Source: Bacteroidales bacterium
Lineage (GTDB): Bacteria; Bacteroidota; Bacteroidia; Bacteroidales; VadinHA17
NCBI GenBank assembly: GCA_050013475.1
Contig: JBEKFE010000009.1
Span: 60,383-124,382, forward strand
Direction: 5' to 3'
DNA: 64,000 nucleotides
The notes under the pieces were generated by a model. The model did not search any database, was not told the DNA's origin, and saw only the letters and a list, made by a program, of their open reading frames with translations. Positions 47,303 through 57,056 of the stretch are shown here, one piece after another. Position 1 is the stretch's first letter. The number at the start of each line of letters is the position of its first letter. The position numbers and the translations under genes were made by a program.

Positions 47303-49177
47303 TTATCTTCCAATATACATTAATAAAATATTTATATCCGAAGGAGAAACACCACTGATCCTACACGCCTGGCCAATATTCACCGGCTTTATTCTTTGAA
47401 GTTTCTGTCGTCCTTCAGTGGATATAGATATTAGTTCATTATATATTATATCTTCTGGTATTTTTAAGTTTTCTAGTCTCTTTATTTTATCCGCAATAAT
47501 TTTTTCTCTTTCAATATAACCTTCATATTTGATTTTTATCTCAGCAGACTCAATAACTTCATCTAATCTCTTTTCTCCAATTCTTTCAATGATCTCATCC
47601 CTTCCAAGTATCTCCAAAAAATCTTTTAGTCCTATTTGCGGCCTCATCGCAATTCCTATTGCTTTAACTTTTTGGTTTATTTTACTCGTTCCTTTATTCT
47701 CCAAAAACTTATTCACATTTCCAGGATCAACTTTTTTCCCTTCAATGAATCCAATTATCTCTTTTATCCTTCTCTCCTTATCATTAAGCTGCTCAACCCT
47801 CTCCCGATCTATAGTCCCTATTTTAAATCCTTTTCTGATAAGTCTTTCATCAGCGTTATCCTGACGTAACAAAATTCTATATTCTGCCCTGGAAGTAAAC
47901 ATTCTATATGGCTCATCCACTCCCTTCGTGACAAGGTCATCAATTAATACACCAATATATCCCTCTTCTCTTCCCAGAACAAAGCTTTCCAGATCTCTTG
48001 ACTTAAGTACTGCGTTGATTCCGGCCATCAGTCCCTGTGCTGCGGCTTCTTCATATCCTGTTGTTCCATTTATTTGTCCTGCAAAATAAAGATTCCTGAT
48101 CTTCTTTGTCTCGAGAGAGTGCTTAAGCTGGGTTGGCTGAAAATAATCATATTCAATAGCATAACCTGGACGATAAATCTCCACATTCTCAAGCCCCGGA
48201 ACAAGTCTTAAAGCTTTCAATTGAACTTCCATCGGAAGGCTGCTTGAAAATCCATTCAGATAAAATTCATTAGTATCCCTACCTTCAGGTTCAATAAAAA
48301 GCTGATGAGACTTTTTATCCTTAAAAGTTACAATCTTATCTTCAATACTTGGACAGTATCTCGGACCTCTACCCTTTATCCTTCCCGTAAACATCGGACT
48401 GAATTCCAGTCCTTTTCTTAACTCTTCATGGACCATTTCATTTGTATGAGTAATAAAACAGCTCATTTCTCTATCAATGAAAATATTTTCATTGAGATAT
48501 GAAAAGCACTTTCCTTCACCATCTCCCTTCTGTTCAATTGTCTTTCTAAAATCAATACTTCTTCCGTCCAGCCTTGCGCTTGTTCCGGTTTTCATTCGTT
48601 CAACCTTAAATCCTTCTTCAGAAAGCTGATCACTCAATCCCGTTGATGCCTGGTCCCCTGATCTTCCACCTTTAAAATTCTGGAATCCAATATGCATAAG
48701 TCCATTAAGAAAAGTTCCGTTTGTAAGAATAATTGCCTTTCCCCTGAATATTGTTCCGAATGCAGTTTTAATTCCTACTGCATTACCATTCTCAATAATA
48801 ACCTCTGTTGCCTGTTCCTGCCATATGTGCAGATTTTCTGTCGTTTCAATTATCTTTCTCCATTCTCGTGTGAAAAGCTGTCTGTCGCATTGAGCTCTTG
48901 GACTCCACATTGCCGGTCCTTTCGACCTGTTTAGCATTCTGAACTGTATCATGCTTCTGTCAGTCATAATTCCGCTCGCACCTCCCAGAGCATCAATTTC
49001 TCTAACAATCTGACCTTTTGCAATACCTCCCATCGCAGGATTGCATGACATCTGTGCCAGCTTGGTCATGTCCATTGTCACAAGCAATGTCTTGGCCTCC
49101 ATAACAGCAGCAATATGTGCAGCTTCACATCCTGCATGTCCGCCACCTACAACAATAATATCATATTCAAATCCCAT
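47303..49177 (-). CDS. mnmG: tRNA uridine 5-carboxymethylaminomethyl modification enzyme MnmG (GidA)
   Basis: YDIIVVGGGHAGCEAA FAD motif, the conserved GidA core, 624 aa. Confidence 0.95.
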   Translation of the reverse strand: MGFEYDIIVVGGGHAGCEAAHIAAVMEAKTLLVTMDMTKLAQMSCNPAMGGIAKGQIVREIDALGGASGIMTDRSMIQFRMLNRSKGPAMWSPRAQCDRQLFTREWRKIIETTENLHIWQEQATEVIIENGNAVGIKTAFGTIFRGKAIILTNGTFLNGLMHIGFQNFKGGRSGDQASTGLSDQLSEEGFKVERMKTGTSARLDGRSIDFRKTIEQKGDGEGKCFSYLNENIFIDREMSCFITHTNEMVHEELRKGLEFSPMFTGRIKGRGPRYCPSIEDKIVTFKDKKSHQLFIEPEGRDTNEFYLNGFSSSLPMEVQLKALRLVPGLENVEIYRPGYAIEYDYFQPTQLKHSLETKKIRNLYFAGQINGTTGYEEAAAQGLMAGINAVLKSRDLESFVLGREEGYIGVLIDDLVTKGVDEPYRMFTSRAEYRILLRQDNADERLIRKGFKIGTIDRERVEQLNDKERRIKEIIGFIEGKKVDPGNVNKFLENKGTSKINQKVKAIGIAMRPQIGLKDFLEILGRDEIIERIGEKRLDEVIESAEIKIKYEGYIEREKIIADKIKRLENLKIPEDIIYNELISISTEGRQKLQRIKPVNIGQACRISGVSPSDINILLMYIGR

Positions 49178-49601
49178 ATTCTTCTCTATAAAACTTCTTC
49201 ATCCAGAAATTTTCTTTCTGGTGCATTAAATCCTTTTTTCTTTCAGAATTATCATCGTAACCACAAATATGAAGAACTCCATGAATAATTATTCTCAGCA
49301 TTTCAATGTTATAACTAACTTTATAGTTTAAAGCATTGCTTTTTACACTTTCTACACTTATGTAGATCTCTCCGTTAGTCCCTTCTTCCTCATCATATTT
49401 AAAGCTAATAACATCGGTATACCAGTCATGGTTTAAAAACTGCCTGTTGATTTTCCTTATATATTCATCTCCTGCAATAATGAAATTAAGGTCACCCGAA
49501 AATTTACCTTCTTCCGCAATGACCTTATCTATGAGTTTTTTTATTTTCTTCCAGTCCTTCAGCCTGAAAGTGACCTCTTCATAAAAAATTCTTATTCTCA
49601 A
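49167..49601 (-). CDS. ybeY: rRNA maturation RNase YbeY
   Basis: HGVLHICGYDD zinc motif. Confidence 0.9.
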   Translation of the reverse strand: MRIRIFYEEVTFRLKDWKKIKKLIDKVIAEEGKFSGDLNFIIAGDEYIRKINRQFLNHDWYTDVISFKYDEEEGTNGEIYISVESVKSNALNYKVSYNIEMLRIIIHGVLHICGYDDNSERKKDLMHQKENFWMKKFYREEYGI

Positions 49602-50002
49602 GTCTTCAGATCTTTAAATGACATTGTAACTCTGTTTCCTTTCTCATTAAATTCAATCTTATCCGCCAGCCTGGTCATAAGAAAAACACCTCTTCCGCTA
49701 ATATTTTGAATATTTTCCAGCTTTGTCGGATCCGGGATCTCCTCTGGTCTGAACCCCTGTCCTTCATCCTCTACGCTTATAACCAGTATTTTATTTTTAT
49801 GAATGATCTCAATTCTTACAATCCTTGAAGAGATGGATTTGTTGCCATGAACGATTGCATTATTAACTGCCTCCATTGTAGAGACCATTATTTTTCCATA
49901 ATTATCCTGTGAAATTCCTAATTCTGACGAAATATCATCTATTGCCTTCTCAACCAGCCTAAGATTCCCTATTTCTGATTGTATAATTATATTTTTCTGC
50001 AT
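49598..50002 (-). CDS. Small HATPase-fold protein (RsbW/SpoIIAB-like anti-sigma serine kinase family)
   Basis: N-box-like EAVNNAIVHGN and G-box-like DEGQGF...GRGVFL motifs. 134 aa. Confidence 0.65.
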   Translation of the reverse strand: MQKNIIIQSEIGNLRLVEKAIDDISSELGISQDNYGKIMVSTMEAVNNAIVHGNKSISSRIVRIEIIHKNKILVISVEDEGQGFRPEEIPDPTKLENIQNISGRGVFLMTRLADKIEFNEKGNRVTMSFKDLKT

Positions 50003-50058
50003 CCGCCTTCTATTGCAAAACTTTATACTAATATTATCCGATAAAGTTTCAATTCTGG

Positions 50059-51234
50059 TTACTTTTTCGCTATCCAGAGTTCCGGATCTACCTTTTCCTT
50101 TTCATCAAAGATCATGAATTTTAATATCGAATTTGATCCATTATTTATATCGCAGAATACTTCTCCTATCTCTTGCTTTGTCTCTACCTGGTCCCCCGAT
50201 TTAACTCTTACATTTACCAGGTTCTGATAAACAGAGTAATATTTGCCATGTTTAATAATAATGCTCATATTTGCTCCCGGGATTGCAAAAACCCTGACAA
50301 CGAGACCTTTGAAAACACTTCTGGCAATTGTCTTTCCGACATTGGTAATCTCTATTCCTGGATTATTTTCATCAACATATGCAAGAACAGGGTGCTTTTG
50401 AGGACCAAATTTTCCCGTAATAATACCTTTTTCCAGCGGCCATGGCAACCTCCCCTTATTTTCAGCAAAATTATCTCCAATCAGCTTCATTTCCGGCGAT
50501 AGCTCTTTATCTGCTCGTTTTTTCTCTTCCTCAATAATCTTTGCTATTTCAGCCTCGATTCTTTGTGCCGCTTTTTTCTTCTCTTCCAGATCTTTTCTTA
50601 GCTGTTTTTCTTTATTTCCCAGGCTGCTTACCATATTCTTTTTCTTATCCTGCTCCTGCTGTAATAATTCCTTTTGCTTTTCTTCGTTTGACTTAAGATC
50701 CACTATATTTGATTGATCCTCTTCCATTTTGTTTTTAGTCAATTCTATCTCAGCCATTAATTCTGAAATAACTCCAGTTTCTTTCCTTCTGAACTGGGCC
50801 ATTTGCTGAAGATATTTAATTCTCTTATATCCCTGATTAAAATCACTTGCTGAAAATACATATACAAGATCCGGGTATCCTTTTGAAGCCTTATATGACT
50901 GTATTATTGTTTTTGTATATTCATTCCTTAAGGTTCCAAGGTCTTTTTGCATAAGGTCAATCGCAAGCTGGTTCAATTCAATACGTCCTTTAATCAGATC
51001 AATTTCATCCTTTAGTCCTTGAATTACACTTTGTCTTAAAACAACCCTGTTTCCAATAATCCTGATCTCATTTATACCGTTGCTTTTCTGTGCCTCAGTC
51101 TGTTTTATCATGTTATCAACGTAATTAATTTCATCAAGGGTTTTCTTCCTCTGCTCTTCCAGTTCCTTTCTTGATTGTCCGTTAACAAACAAAAATGACA
51201 TTATCAGACATATTGCCGTAACAAAATATCTCAT
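50059..51234 (-). CDS. M23-family peptidase with long coiled-coil (EnvC-like)
   Basis: Signal peptide, a K/E-rich coiled coil, and a C-terminal LytM-type domain. Confidence 0.75.
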   Translation of the reverse strand: MRYFVTAICLIMSFLFVNGQSRKELEEQRKKTLDEINYVDNMIKQTEAQKSNGINEIRIIGNRVVLRQSVIQGLKDEIDLIKGRIELNQLAIDLMQKDLGTLRNEYTKTIIQSYKASKGYPDLVYVFSASDFNQGYKRIKYLQQMAQFRRKETGVISELMAEIELTKNKMEEDQSNIVDLKSNEEKQKELLQQEQDKKKNMVSSLGNKEKQLRKDLEEKKKAAQRIEAEIAKIIEEEKKRADKELSPEMKLIGDNFAENKGRLPWPLEKGIITGKFGPQKHPVLAYVDENNPGIEITNVGKTIARSVFKGLVVRVFAIPGANMSIIIKHGKYYSVYQNLVNVRVKSGDQVETKQEIGEVFCDINNGSNSILKFMIFDEKEKVDPELWIAKK

Positions 51235-51992
51235 ATTAAAGGCTTGCTTTGATATCCTTCTCCAGGTATAAAATCAATATCACCTACCCATGGACAAAGA
51301 TATTTCTCTATAGATATTATAATTCTGATCTTTCGTCCAGCGTCATTTATTTCAATCTTTTTTGGTACAGAATAATTATCATCCCTGAATTTGAAATAAT
51401 TAATCGATATAAATTGATCCGGTTCTCCTGTAGAAACAATTATCGATTTAACTTTTGCCTCCTTACAGTCAATTGTAGAGTTCACAGAGAGCCCAAGAAG
51501 ATAATCAGTTAATTTCAACTCATTATTTCTGCAATTCGTCCCGTCACTATTAATTGGTCTGTTCATAAACAGATCACCAACACTGATTTTAAGTAATGTA
51601 ACCGGAATACCGGTAATTTTTTCAAAATCTCCAGGATTTCCGTAAAGTATGTTTCTTTTAAGTCTGTCATTTACAAGAATAGTATCTCTTGAAAGATATA
51701 CCCTGAAAGCTTCCATTCCTGCCTTGCTTCTCAAACTTATAAGATACTTTCCTTCAGAATTATATTTCATCGTAAAATAAAGGCTTATTCTTCCCGACTC
51801 GCTTATTGACAATATTTTACCTTTTTGTATGTAAAATCCGTTTGCTGTCAAATTTTTCTCTTCAACGCGCCGTAAAATATTTCTATCAGTCACTTTCTGA
51901 ACTTCAGTAGCGCTATTTCCTAGTTTGTTTCTTGTTGCACAGCCTGCAAAAAGTACCAGACAAATAAGTCCCGTTAAAGCTATTTTAAACAA
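51231..51992 (-). CDS. DUF4292-like lipoprotein (LolB-like fold family)
   Basis: Lipobox LFAGC. Sits between the TPR and M23 genes, as is typical for Bacteroidota DUF4292. Confidence 0.55.
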   Translation of the reverse strand: MFKIALTGLICLVLFAGCATRNKLGNSATEVQKVTDRNILRRVEEKNLTANGFYIQKGKILSISESGRISLYFTMKYNSEGKYLISLRSKAGMEAFRVYLSRDTILVNDRLKRNILYGNPGDFEKITGIPVTLLKISVGDLFMNRPINSDGTNCRNNELKLTDYLLGLSVNSTIDCKEAKVKSIIVSTGEPDQFISINYFKFRDDNYSVPKKIEINDAGRKIRIIISIEKYLCPWVGDIDFIPGEGYQSKPLI

Positions 51993-53701
51993 TCTTCTAT
52001 CTCCTGATTAAGGTAATCTTTATCATTATTAAGCTTAAAAGCCTTCTGCCAGTAATCCTTTGCTATATTACATTTTCTTAATGCCTTCATTATATAGCCA
52101 TAGTGTTCGAACCATTCCGAATCTTCCTTTTTATCCCTGTCCATAAGCTCCTCTAAAACCCTTGCTGCTTCTTTGTACTTTCCTCTCTTATAAAGAACCC
52201 AGGCATATGTGTCCAGATATGTTCCGTTATTCTTTTCCTTTTCAATGACAATCCTTATCATTCTATCAGCTTCTTTAAGGTCCTGATCCTGTTCTGCAAG
52301 AAAATATGCATAGTTGTTCAGCACCATCAGGTCCTCCGGATTCTTTTTAAGAATTTCCTTGTATAGTTCAAAGCATTTCATATATTCTTTCTTCCGGTAA
52401 TAAACATCCGCTTCCATGGACAGTACCTGCGATATAAGTTCATCCTGGTTTCCGGCCAGAATTAAAGCCTTTCCAAGTTCCTCAACGGCAACATTATAAT
52501 CTTTCTTTTCCATGGCTGCACTGGCATATAGGACTTTGGCTACATATGACATATTGAATTTTGTTGAACATGTCTTACCAAGAACATATAATCTGTCATA
52601 ATTCCTGGTATCTGAATAAAGTAATAACAACCTTTCCCATATCATATAGTCATCCGGGAATTGTTCAAGAAGCTCCTCAAGCCTCGCCGCAGCAAGCTCT
52701 GGTTTTCCTTCCTTTTGATATAGTTCCGGACGAAGCATCACAATAATATTATCATTTTCAAATGTACTTTCCAGAACCCTTATTACAATTTCCAGCTCAA
52801 TCCCTTTATCCTTTATAAGATCATTATCCTCAAGAACTTTTGAGAAAATGCCCATCATATCATCCCTTGAAAACTGATTATCTATTACAAGATCATTGAT
52901 AAATTTAAAAAAATCCTCATATTCCTTCCCTTCAAGTAAAAAATCGACAAGCGATAAAACTATCTGGATATTAGTTGAATCAATATTTATTATTTTTTGA
53001 TATACTGCTTCCGCATTATATCTATCGCCCTTTTTTCTATATATTTCTGCCAGAATTCCATTAAACATTGTATTGTCTGGATTATCCTTTAGAATATTCA
53101 TTACTTTATCTTTAGCTTCATCAAGCTTTTTTTCATTCATCAGGTTTCTTACTGCCAGAATAGTCACATTCCCGCCGTTTCCATATTTTTCCTCAAGTAA
53201 TCCATATATATTTTCAGCCTTTATGAAGTCTGAATTTTCCGCATAAATGCTTCCTAAAGTAAGCTTGATCCGGTCATTTTCAGGAAATTTTTCTACAGCT
53301 TTCTCATAATAAACAGCTGCGCTATCCATATTTTTTTCCTGATAATAAATATCTCCCAGCATAGTCAGATACCAAAGATTCTTTTCATCCAGCTTTACTG
53401 CCTTGATCGCAAATTCCTTTCCGTTCTCCATATCGCCTCTCTGGAGAGTGATTTGCGCCAGCTGATAATAAGCAGCATCGCTTTTAGGGTTTATTTTAAC
53501 GCATTGCTCCAGGTATTTAATTGCATCTCCTGCATTACCCAACAGTTTTTGCTTCAGTGCTTCCCCATAAAAATAACTGAATGTCGCTGAATCATAGGCA
53601 GTTCCTTTTACATTTTCATTGCCGCCTTTGTACATCCTGGCAGAACAACCACTACCAGTCAGTATGATGAATATCAACACTATAAAACACAAATTTTTCA
53701 T
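51980..53701 (-). CDS. Tetratricopeptide-repeat lipoprotein
   Basis: Lipobox LTGSGC and many TPR-like A..Y/A..A repeats. Start at MKNLCF. Confidence 0.75.
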   Translation of the reverse strand: MKNLCFIVLIFIILTGSGCSARMYKGGNENVKGTAYDSATFSYFYGEALKQKLLGNAGDAIKYLEQCVKINPKSDAAYYQLAQITLQRGDMENGKEFAIKAVKLDEKNLWYLTMLGDIYYQEKNMDSAAVYYEKAVEKFPENDRIKLTLGSIYAENSDFIKAENIYGLLEEKYGNGGNVTILAVRNLMNEKKLDEAKDKVMNILKDNPDNTMFNGILAEIYRKKGDRYNAEAVYQKIINIDSTNIQIVLSLVDFLLEGKEYEDFFKFINDLVIDNQFSRDDMMGIFSKVLEDNDLIKDKGIELEIVIRVLESTFENDNIIVMLRPELYQKEGKPELAAARLEELLEQFPDDYMIWERLLLLYSDTRNYDRLYVLGKTCSTKFNMSYVAKVLYASAAMEKKDYNVAVEELGKALILAGNQDELISQVLSMEADVYYRKKEYMKCFELYKEILKKNPEDLMVLNNYAYFLAEQDQDLKEADRMIRIVIEKEKNNGTYLDTYAWVLYKRGKYKEAARVLEELMDRDKKEDSEWFEHYGYIMKALRKCNIAKDYWQKAFKLNNDKDYLNQEIEDCLK

Positions 53702-53844
53702 AATCACATTCTTTCCCACCGAATATTCAGGAATGTTATGCCCCGATCTGTCAACGATCTTGATCTCCATAATATTTCTTTTCTGCCATTCTCTCTGATT
53801 TCACCTTAAAGATTTTTACTTTTCACTTATCGGCCAAAGTTAAA

Positions 53845-53852
53845 TATCTTTG
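53845..53852 (+). promoter_or_regulatory. Candidate -7 promoter box (TATCTTTG)
   Basis: Matches TAnnTTTG, 43 nt upstream of the PPIase start. Confidence 0.4.
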
Positions 53853-53894
53853 CTGTCAGATTTGCAGAAGGTTATTAATTAAATTTCAAAATTC

Positions 53895-54701
53895 ATGAAT
53901 GCCACCAGGATCTTACAATTCCTGATATTTACTGTATTTCTTACAGCATGCAATGATAATGCAAATAAGGAAATCTTTGTTTCATTAAAAACATCAGCCG
54001 GTAATATTAAATTAAAGCTTTATAATCAGACGCCTCTTCACAGAGACAATTTTGTCCGTCTCGTAAAATCCCATTTTTATGATGGAATTCCTTTTCACAG
54101 GGTAATAAACGGATTCATGATCCAGGCAGGTGATGAATCCCTCAAGCCAGGTATTTCAAAAGCTTTAAAGGATTCCCTTTCTGTCCTCACCGTTCGTCCC
54201 GAATTTAATCCCATTTATTATCACAAAAAAGGAGCACTTGCTGCCGCAAGAGAGAGTAATGATATCAATCCTGAAATGAGATCATCTGCCACTCAGTTTT
54301 ACATTGTTCAAGGCAGGCCTTTAACAGCAGATGAGCTTGATATAGCTGAACAGTCAATAAATAATAATATTCGCCAGGCAAATCTCGTCAGGCTTCTGCA
54401 TGAAGTTTCTGATAGCAGCAAAGCAGGGCTGAATCTTTCTCCTTCTCAGATACAGGAACATGCAATACTGCAATTGTACGATTTCCTCGATAAGACAGGA
54501 GTCCATAAGATCTCTGAAGAAGAGCGTGCCGTTTATATGACCCTTGGTGGCGTTCCTCGTCTTGACGCAACATATACCGTTTTTGGTGAGGTAGTTGAGG
54601 GTCTCGATGTTATCGATAAAATAGCAGGTGTAAAGACGGATGCAACGGATAAGCCGCTTAATGAAGTTACTATTTTAAAAATGAAAATCGTACGTAATTA
54701 G
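53895..54701 (+). CDS. Cyclophilin-type peptidyl-prolyl cis-trans isomerase (with insertion), lipoprotein signal
   Basis: FHRVINGFMIQAGD and YTVFGEVVEG motifs. Signal ending TAC. Confidence 0.85.
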   Translation: MNATRILQFLIFTVFLTACNDNANKEIFVSLKTSAGNIKLKLYNQTPLHRDNFVRLVKSHFYDGIPFHRVINGFMIQAGDESLKPGISKALKDSLSVLTVRPEFNPIYYHKKGALAAARESNDINPEMRSSATQFYIVQGRPLTADELDIAEQSINNNIRQANLVRLLHEVSDSSKAGLNLSPSQIQEHAILQLYDFLDKTGVHKISEEERAVYMTLGGVPRLDATYTVFGEVVEGLDVIDKIAGVKTDATDKPLNEVTILKMKIVRN

Positions 54702-54725
54702 GATCTTTTTATAAAAAAATCTTTT

Positions 54726-55766
54726 ATGCAAAAAAGAATTGAGCAGCTGAAAAAAGAGATCAGCTCTGCAACCGCTAAAACAATTGAAGATGTTGAAAAT
54801 TTCAGGTTAAAATATCTTAGCAGAAAAGGCCTCGTATCGATACTTTTTGAAGAGTTCCGAAATGTTCCCACTGCAGAAAAAAAGGCCGTTGGAATGAGCC
54901 TTAATATCCTTAAACAGCAGGCGCAGGAGAAATATAACCATCTCAAAAGCATTCTTGACGTAACTGAAGATACTTCGGTTTTTCATGATCCTACAAGGCC
55001 GGCTTATCCTTTCAACCTTGGTTCAATACATCCTATTTCAATTGTCAGGAATGAGATCATTGACATATTTGCCCGTTTGGGTTTTGTTGTTTCTGAAGGT
55101 CCTGAAATTGAGGATGATGATCACGTTTTTACCAGGCTCAACTTTGCCCCCGAACATCCGGCAAGGGACATGCAGGATACTTTTTATATTTCGCGTATTT
55201 CCGATCAGGATTCCAGTCCTGATGATATTCTTCTCCGTACCCATACCTCTTCTGTACAGGTGCGTGTAATGCAGGGTCAGAAGCCTCCTATAAGAACAAT
55301 TTCACCTGGTCGTGTTTTCAGGAATGAAGCAATTTCTGCCAGAGCTCATTGTATCTTTCATCAGGTTGAGGGTCTGTACATAGATGAAAATGTTTCTTTT
55401 GCCGATCTTAGGCAGACGTTGCTCTATTTCGCCCGTGAAATGTTCGGAAAAGAGACTGAAATACGACTGAGACCATCTTATTTCCCTTTTACAGAACCTT
55501 CTGCAGAAATGGACGTCAGCTGTCGTATCTGCGGAGGAAAGGGTTGTAATGTATGTAAATACACAGGCTGGCTTGAATTATTAGGATGTGGAATGGTACA
55601 TCCCAATGTGCTCGAAAACTGCGGAATTGACAATAAGAAATATACAGGCTTTGCTTTCGGTATGGGTATTGAGCGTGCTGCAATGCTAAAATACCAGGTA
55701 AATGACCTTAGGCTGTACTTTGAAAATGATCTGCGCTTTCTCGATCAGTTTAAAACTTCATTCTGA
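54726..55766 (+). CDS. pheS: Phenylalanine--tRNA ligase alpha subunit
   Basis: HPARDMQDTFY, the class II motifs FRNE..., and GMGIERAAML. Confidence 0.95.
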   Translation: MQKRIEQLKKEISSATAKTIEDVENFRLKYLSRKGLVSILFEEFRNVPTAEKKAVGMSLNILKQQAQEKYNHLKSILDVTEDTSVFHDPTRPAYPFNLGSIHPISIVRNEIIDIFARLGFVVSEGPEIEDDDHVFTRLNFAPEHPARDMQDTFYISRISDQDSSPDDILLRTHTSSVQVRVMQGQKPPIRTISPGRVFRNEAISARAHCIFHQVEGLYIDENVSFADLRQTLLYFAREMFGKETEIRLRPSYFPFTEPSAEMDVSCRICGGKGCNVCKYTGWLELLGCGMVHPNVLENCGIDNKKYTGFAFGMGIERAAMLKYQVNDLRLYFENDLRFLDQFKTSF

Positions 55767-55803
55767 TAGAGCCAATATTTTAAAAATCCTCTATCCGGTC
55801 AAT

Positions 55804-56220
55804 TCATTCCACAATAGCCACTTCCCAGGTGATCTCCATCGCCTTTCTCAGGCTATAGCTTACACCACAGTATTTATCCTGTGAAAGATTTATGGCCGTT
55901 TTTACCTTTTCTCCGGGAATATTTTTCCCTTTTAATATATACTTAATGTGCATGTGATCAAAATGTTTGGGATGTTCCTCAGTAACATTGCCTTCAATTT
56001 CAATCCTGAAATCATCAAAGCCTATTTTCATCTTTTTCAGTATAGAGACAACATCCATGGCTGTGCAACCTGCAAGTGCGACCAGAAGAAGACTTTTAGG
56101 CCTGGGTCCTTCATTATTCCCTCCGAATTCCCGCGACGAATCAAGAATCAAATTATGTCCGTTGACATTGACATCAAAAGACATATTTCCACGATGTTGT
56201 ACATATACTGAGTCTTTCAT
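55804..56220 (-). CDS. OsmC-family peroxiredoxin-like protein
   Basis: LLVALAGCTAMDVV and ...YCGV Cys contexts. Start at MKDSVY. Confidence 0.8.
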   Translation of the reverse strand: MKDSVYVQHRGNMSFDVNVNGHNLILDSSREFGGNNEGPRPKSLLLVALAGCTAMDVVSILKKMKIGFDDFRIEIEGNVTEEHPKHFDHMHIKYILKGKNIPGEKVKTAINLSQDKYCGVSYSLRKAMEITWEVAIVE

Positions 56221-56311
56221 GCTATTTGCAAGTTTTTTGGAATATAATCTCAAATTTAAAAAATTATCTGAAAGGTATTTGCAATCTTTGCATTGTAATT
56301 GAGGGGATAAA

Positions 56312-57022
56312 ATGAAACAGTATGAAATTGCTATACCGTTCTGTGAGAAATGCGCACTTGAGACAAATTCAATCTTTAAGCATCTTTCTCACGATGATGC
56401 GGTTAGATTAAACTATGAAAAGGATTTCCGACATTATAAGAAAGGGGATATTCTGTACCATGAGGGAAATAGAATAAGCGGTTTTTATTGCATCAATAGC
56501 GGAATAATAAAAGTCTACAAGACAGGTCTTGACGGCAAGGAGCAGATAATCCGTTTTGCCAAACCCGGGGAGATCATAGCTTACCGAAGCGTCCTGAGCA
56601 ATGAACCTGCCTGTACCACCTCCAAGGTCATCGAAGATTGCCAGGTGTGCTTCATCCCATCAGAGATACTGATCACTTTTATCAAGACCAATCCTAATTT
56701 CAGCCTTGAGCTTATGAAGCTTGCCTGCCATGAACTTGGAGAGGCAAACTCGTATATTACCGACATAGCACAGAAGACAGTACGTGAACGCCTTGCGGAG
56801 GTATTGCTCAAGCTGGTGGATGATTTTGGCCTTGATAATCAGAAATATCTCAGGATATCTCTGACCCGCGAAGAGCTTGCAAATATCGTCGGAACCGCAA
56901 CAGAATCGGTGATCAGGCTTCTATCTGAATTCAAAACGGATAATTTTGTTGAGCTGAATGGCAGAAAAATAAAGATCCTTAATATCAAGGGGCTTGAAAA
57001 GATAAGCAACGTCTTTACGTAA
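56312..57022 (+). CDS. Crp/Fnr-family transcriptional regulator
   Basis: cNMP-binding-like beta-roll and a C-terminal HTH (REELANIVGTATESVIRLLSEF). N-terminal CxxC plus further Cys residues. Confidence 0.85.
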   Translation: MKQYEIAIPFCEKCALETNSIFKHLSHDDAVRLNYEKDFRHYKKGDILYHEGNRISGFYCINSGIIKVYKTGLDGKEQIIRFAKPGEIIAYRSVLSNEPACTTSKVIEDCQVCFIPSEILITFIKTNPNFSLELMKLACHELGEANSYITDIAQKTVRERLAEVLLKLVDDFGLDNQKYLRISLTREELANIVGTATESVIRLLSEFKTDNFVELNGRKIKILNIKGLEKISNVFT

Positions 57023-57056
57023 ACCTTTATTCCATCGGTAATTCCTTCCCGTTATT

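Noticed and set aside
47268-47303. An alternative ade start giving MFHVEHFFENKY.
   Set aside because: The codons are the parS palindrome ATGTTCCACGTGGAACAT. Adenine deaminase similarity begins at MKIKG (47267).
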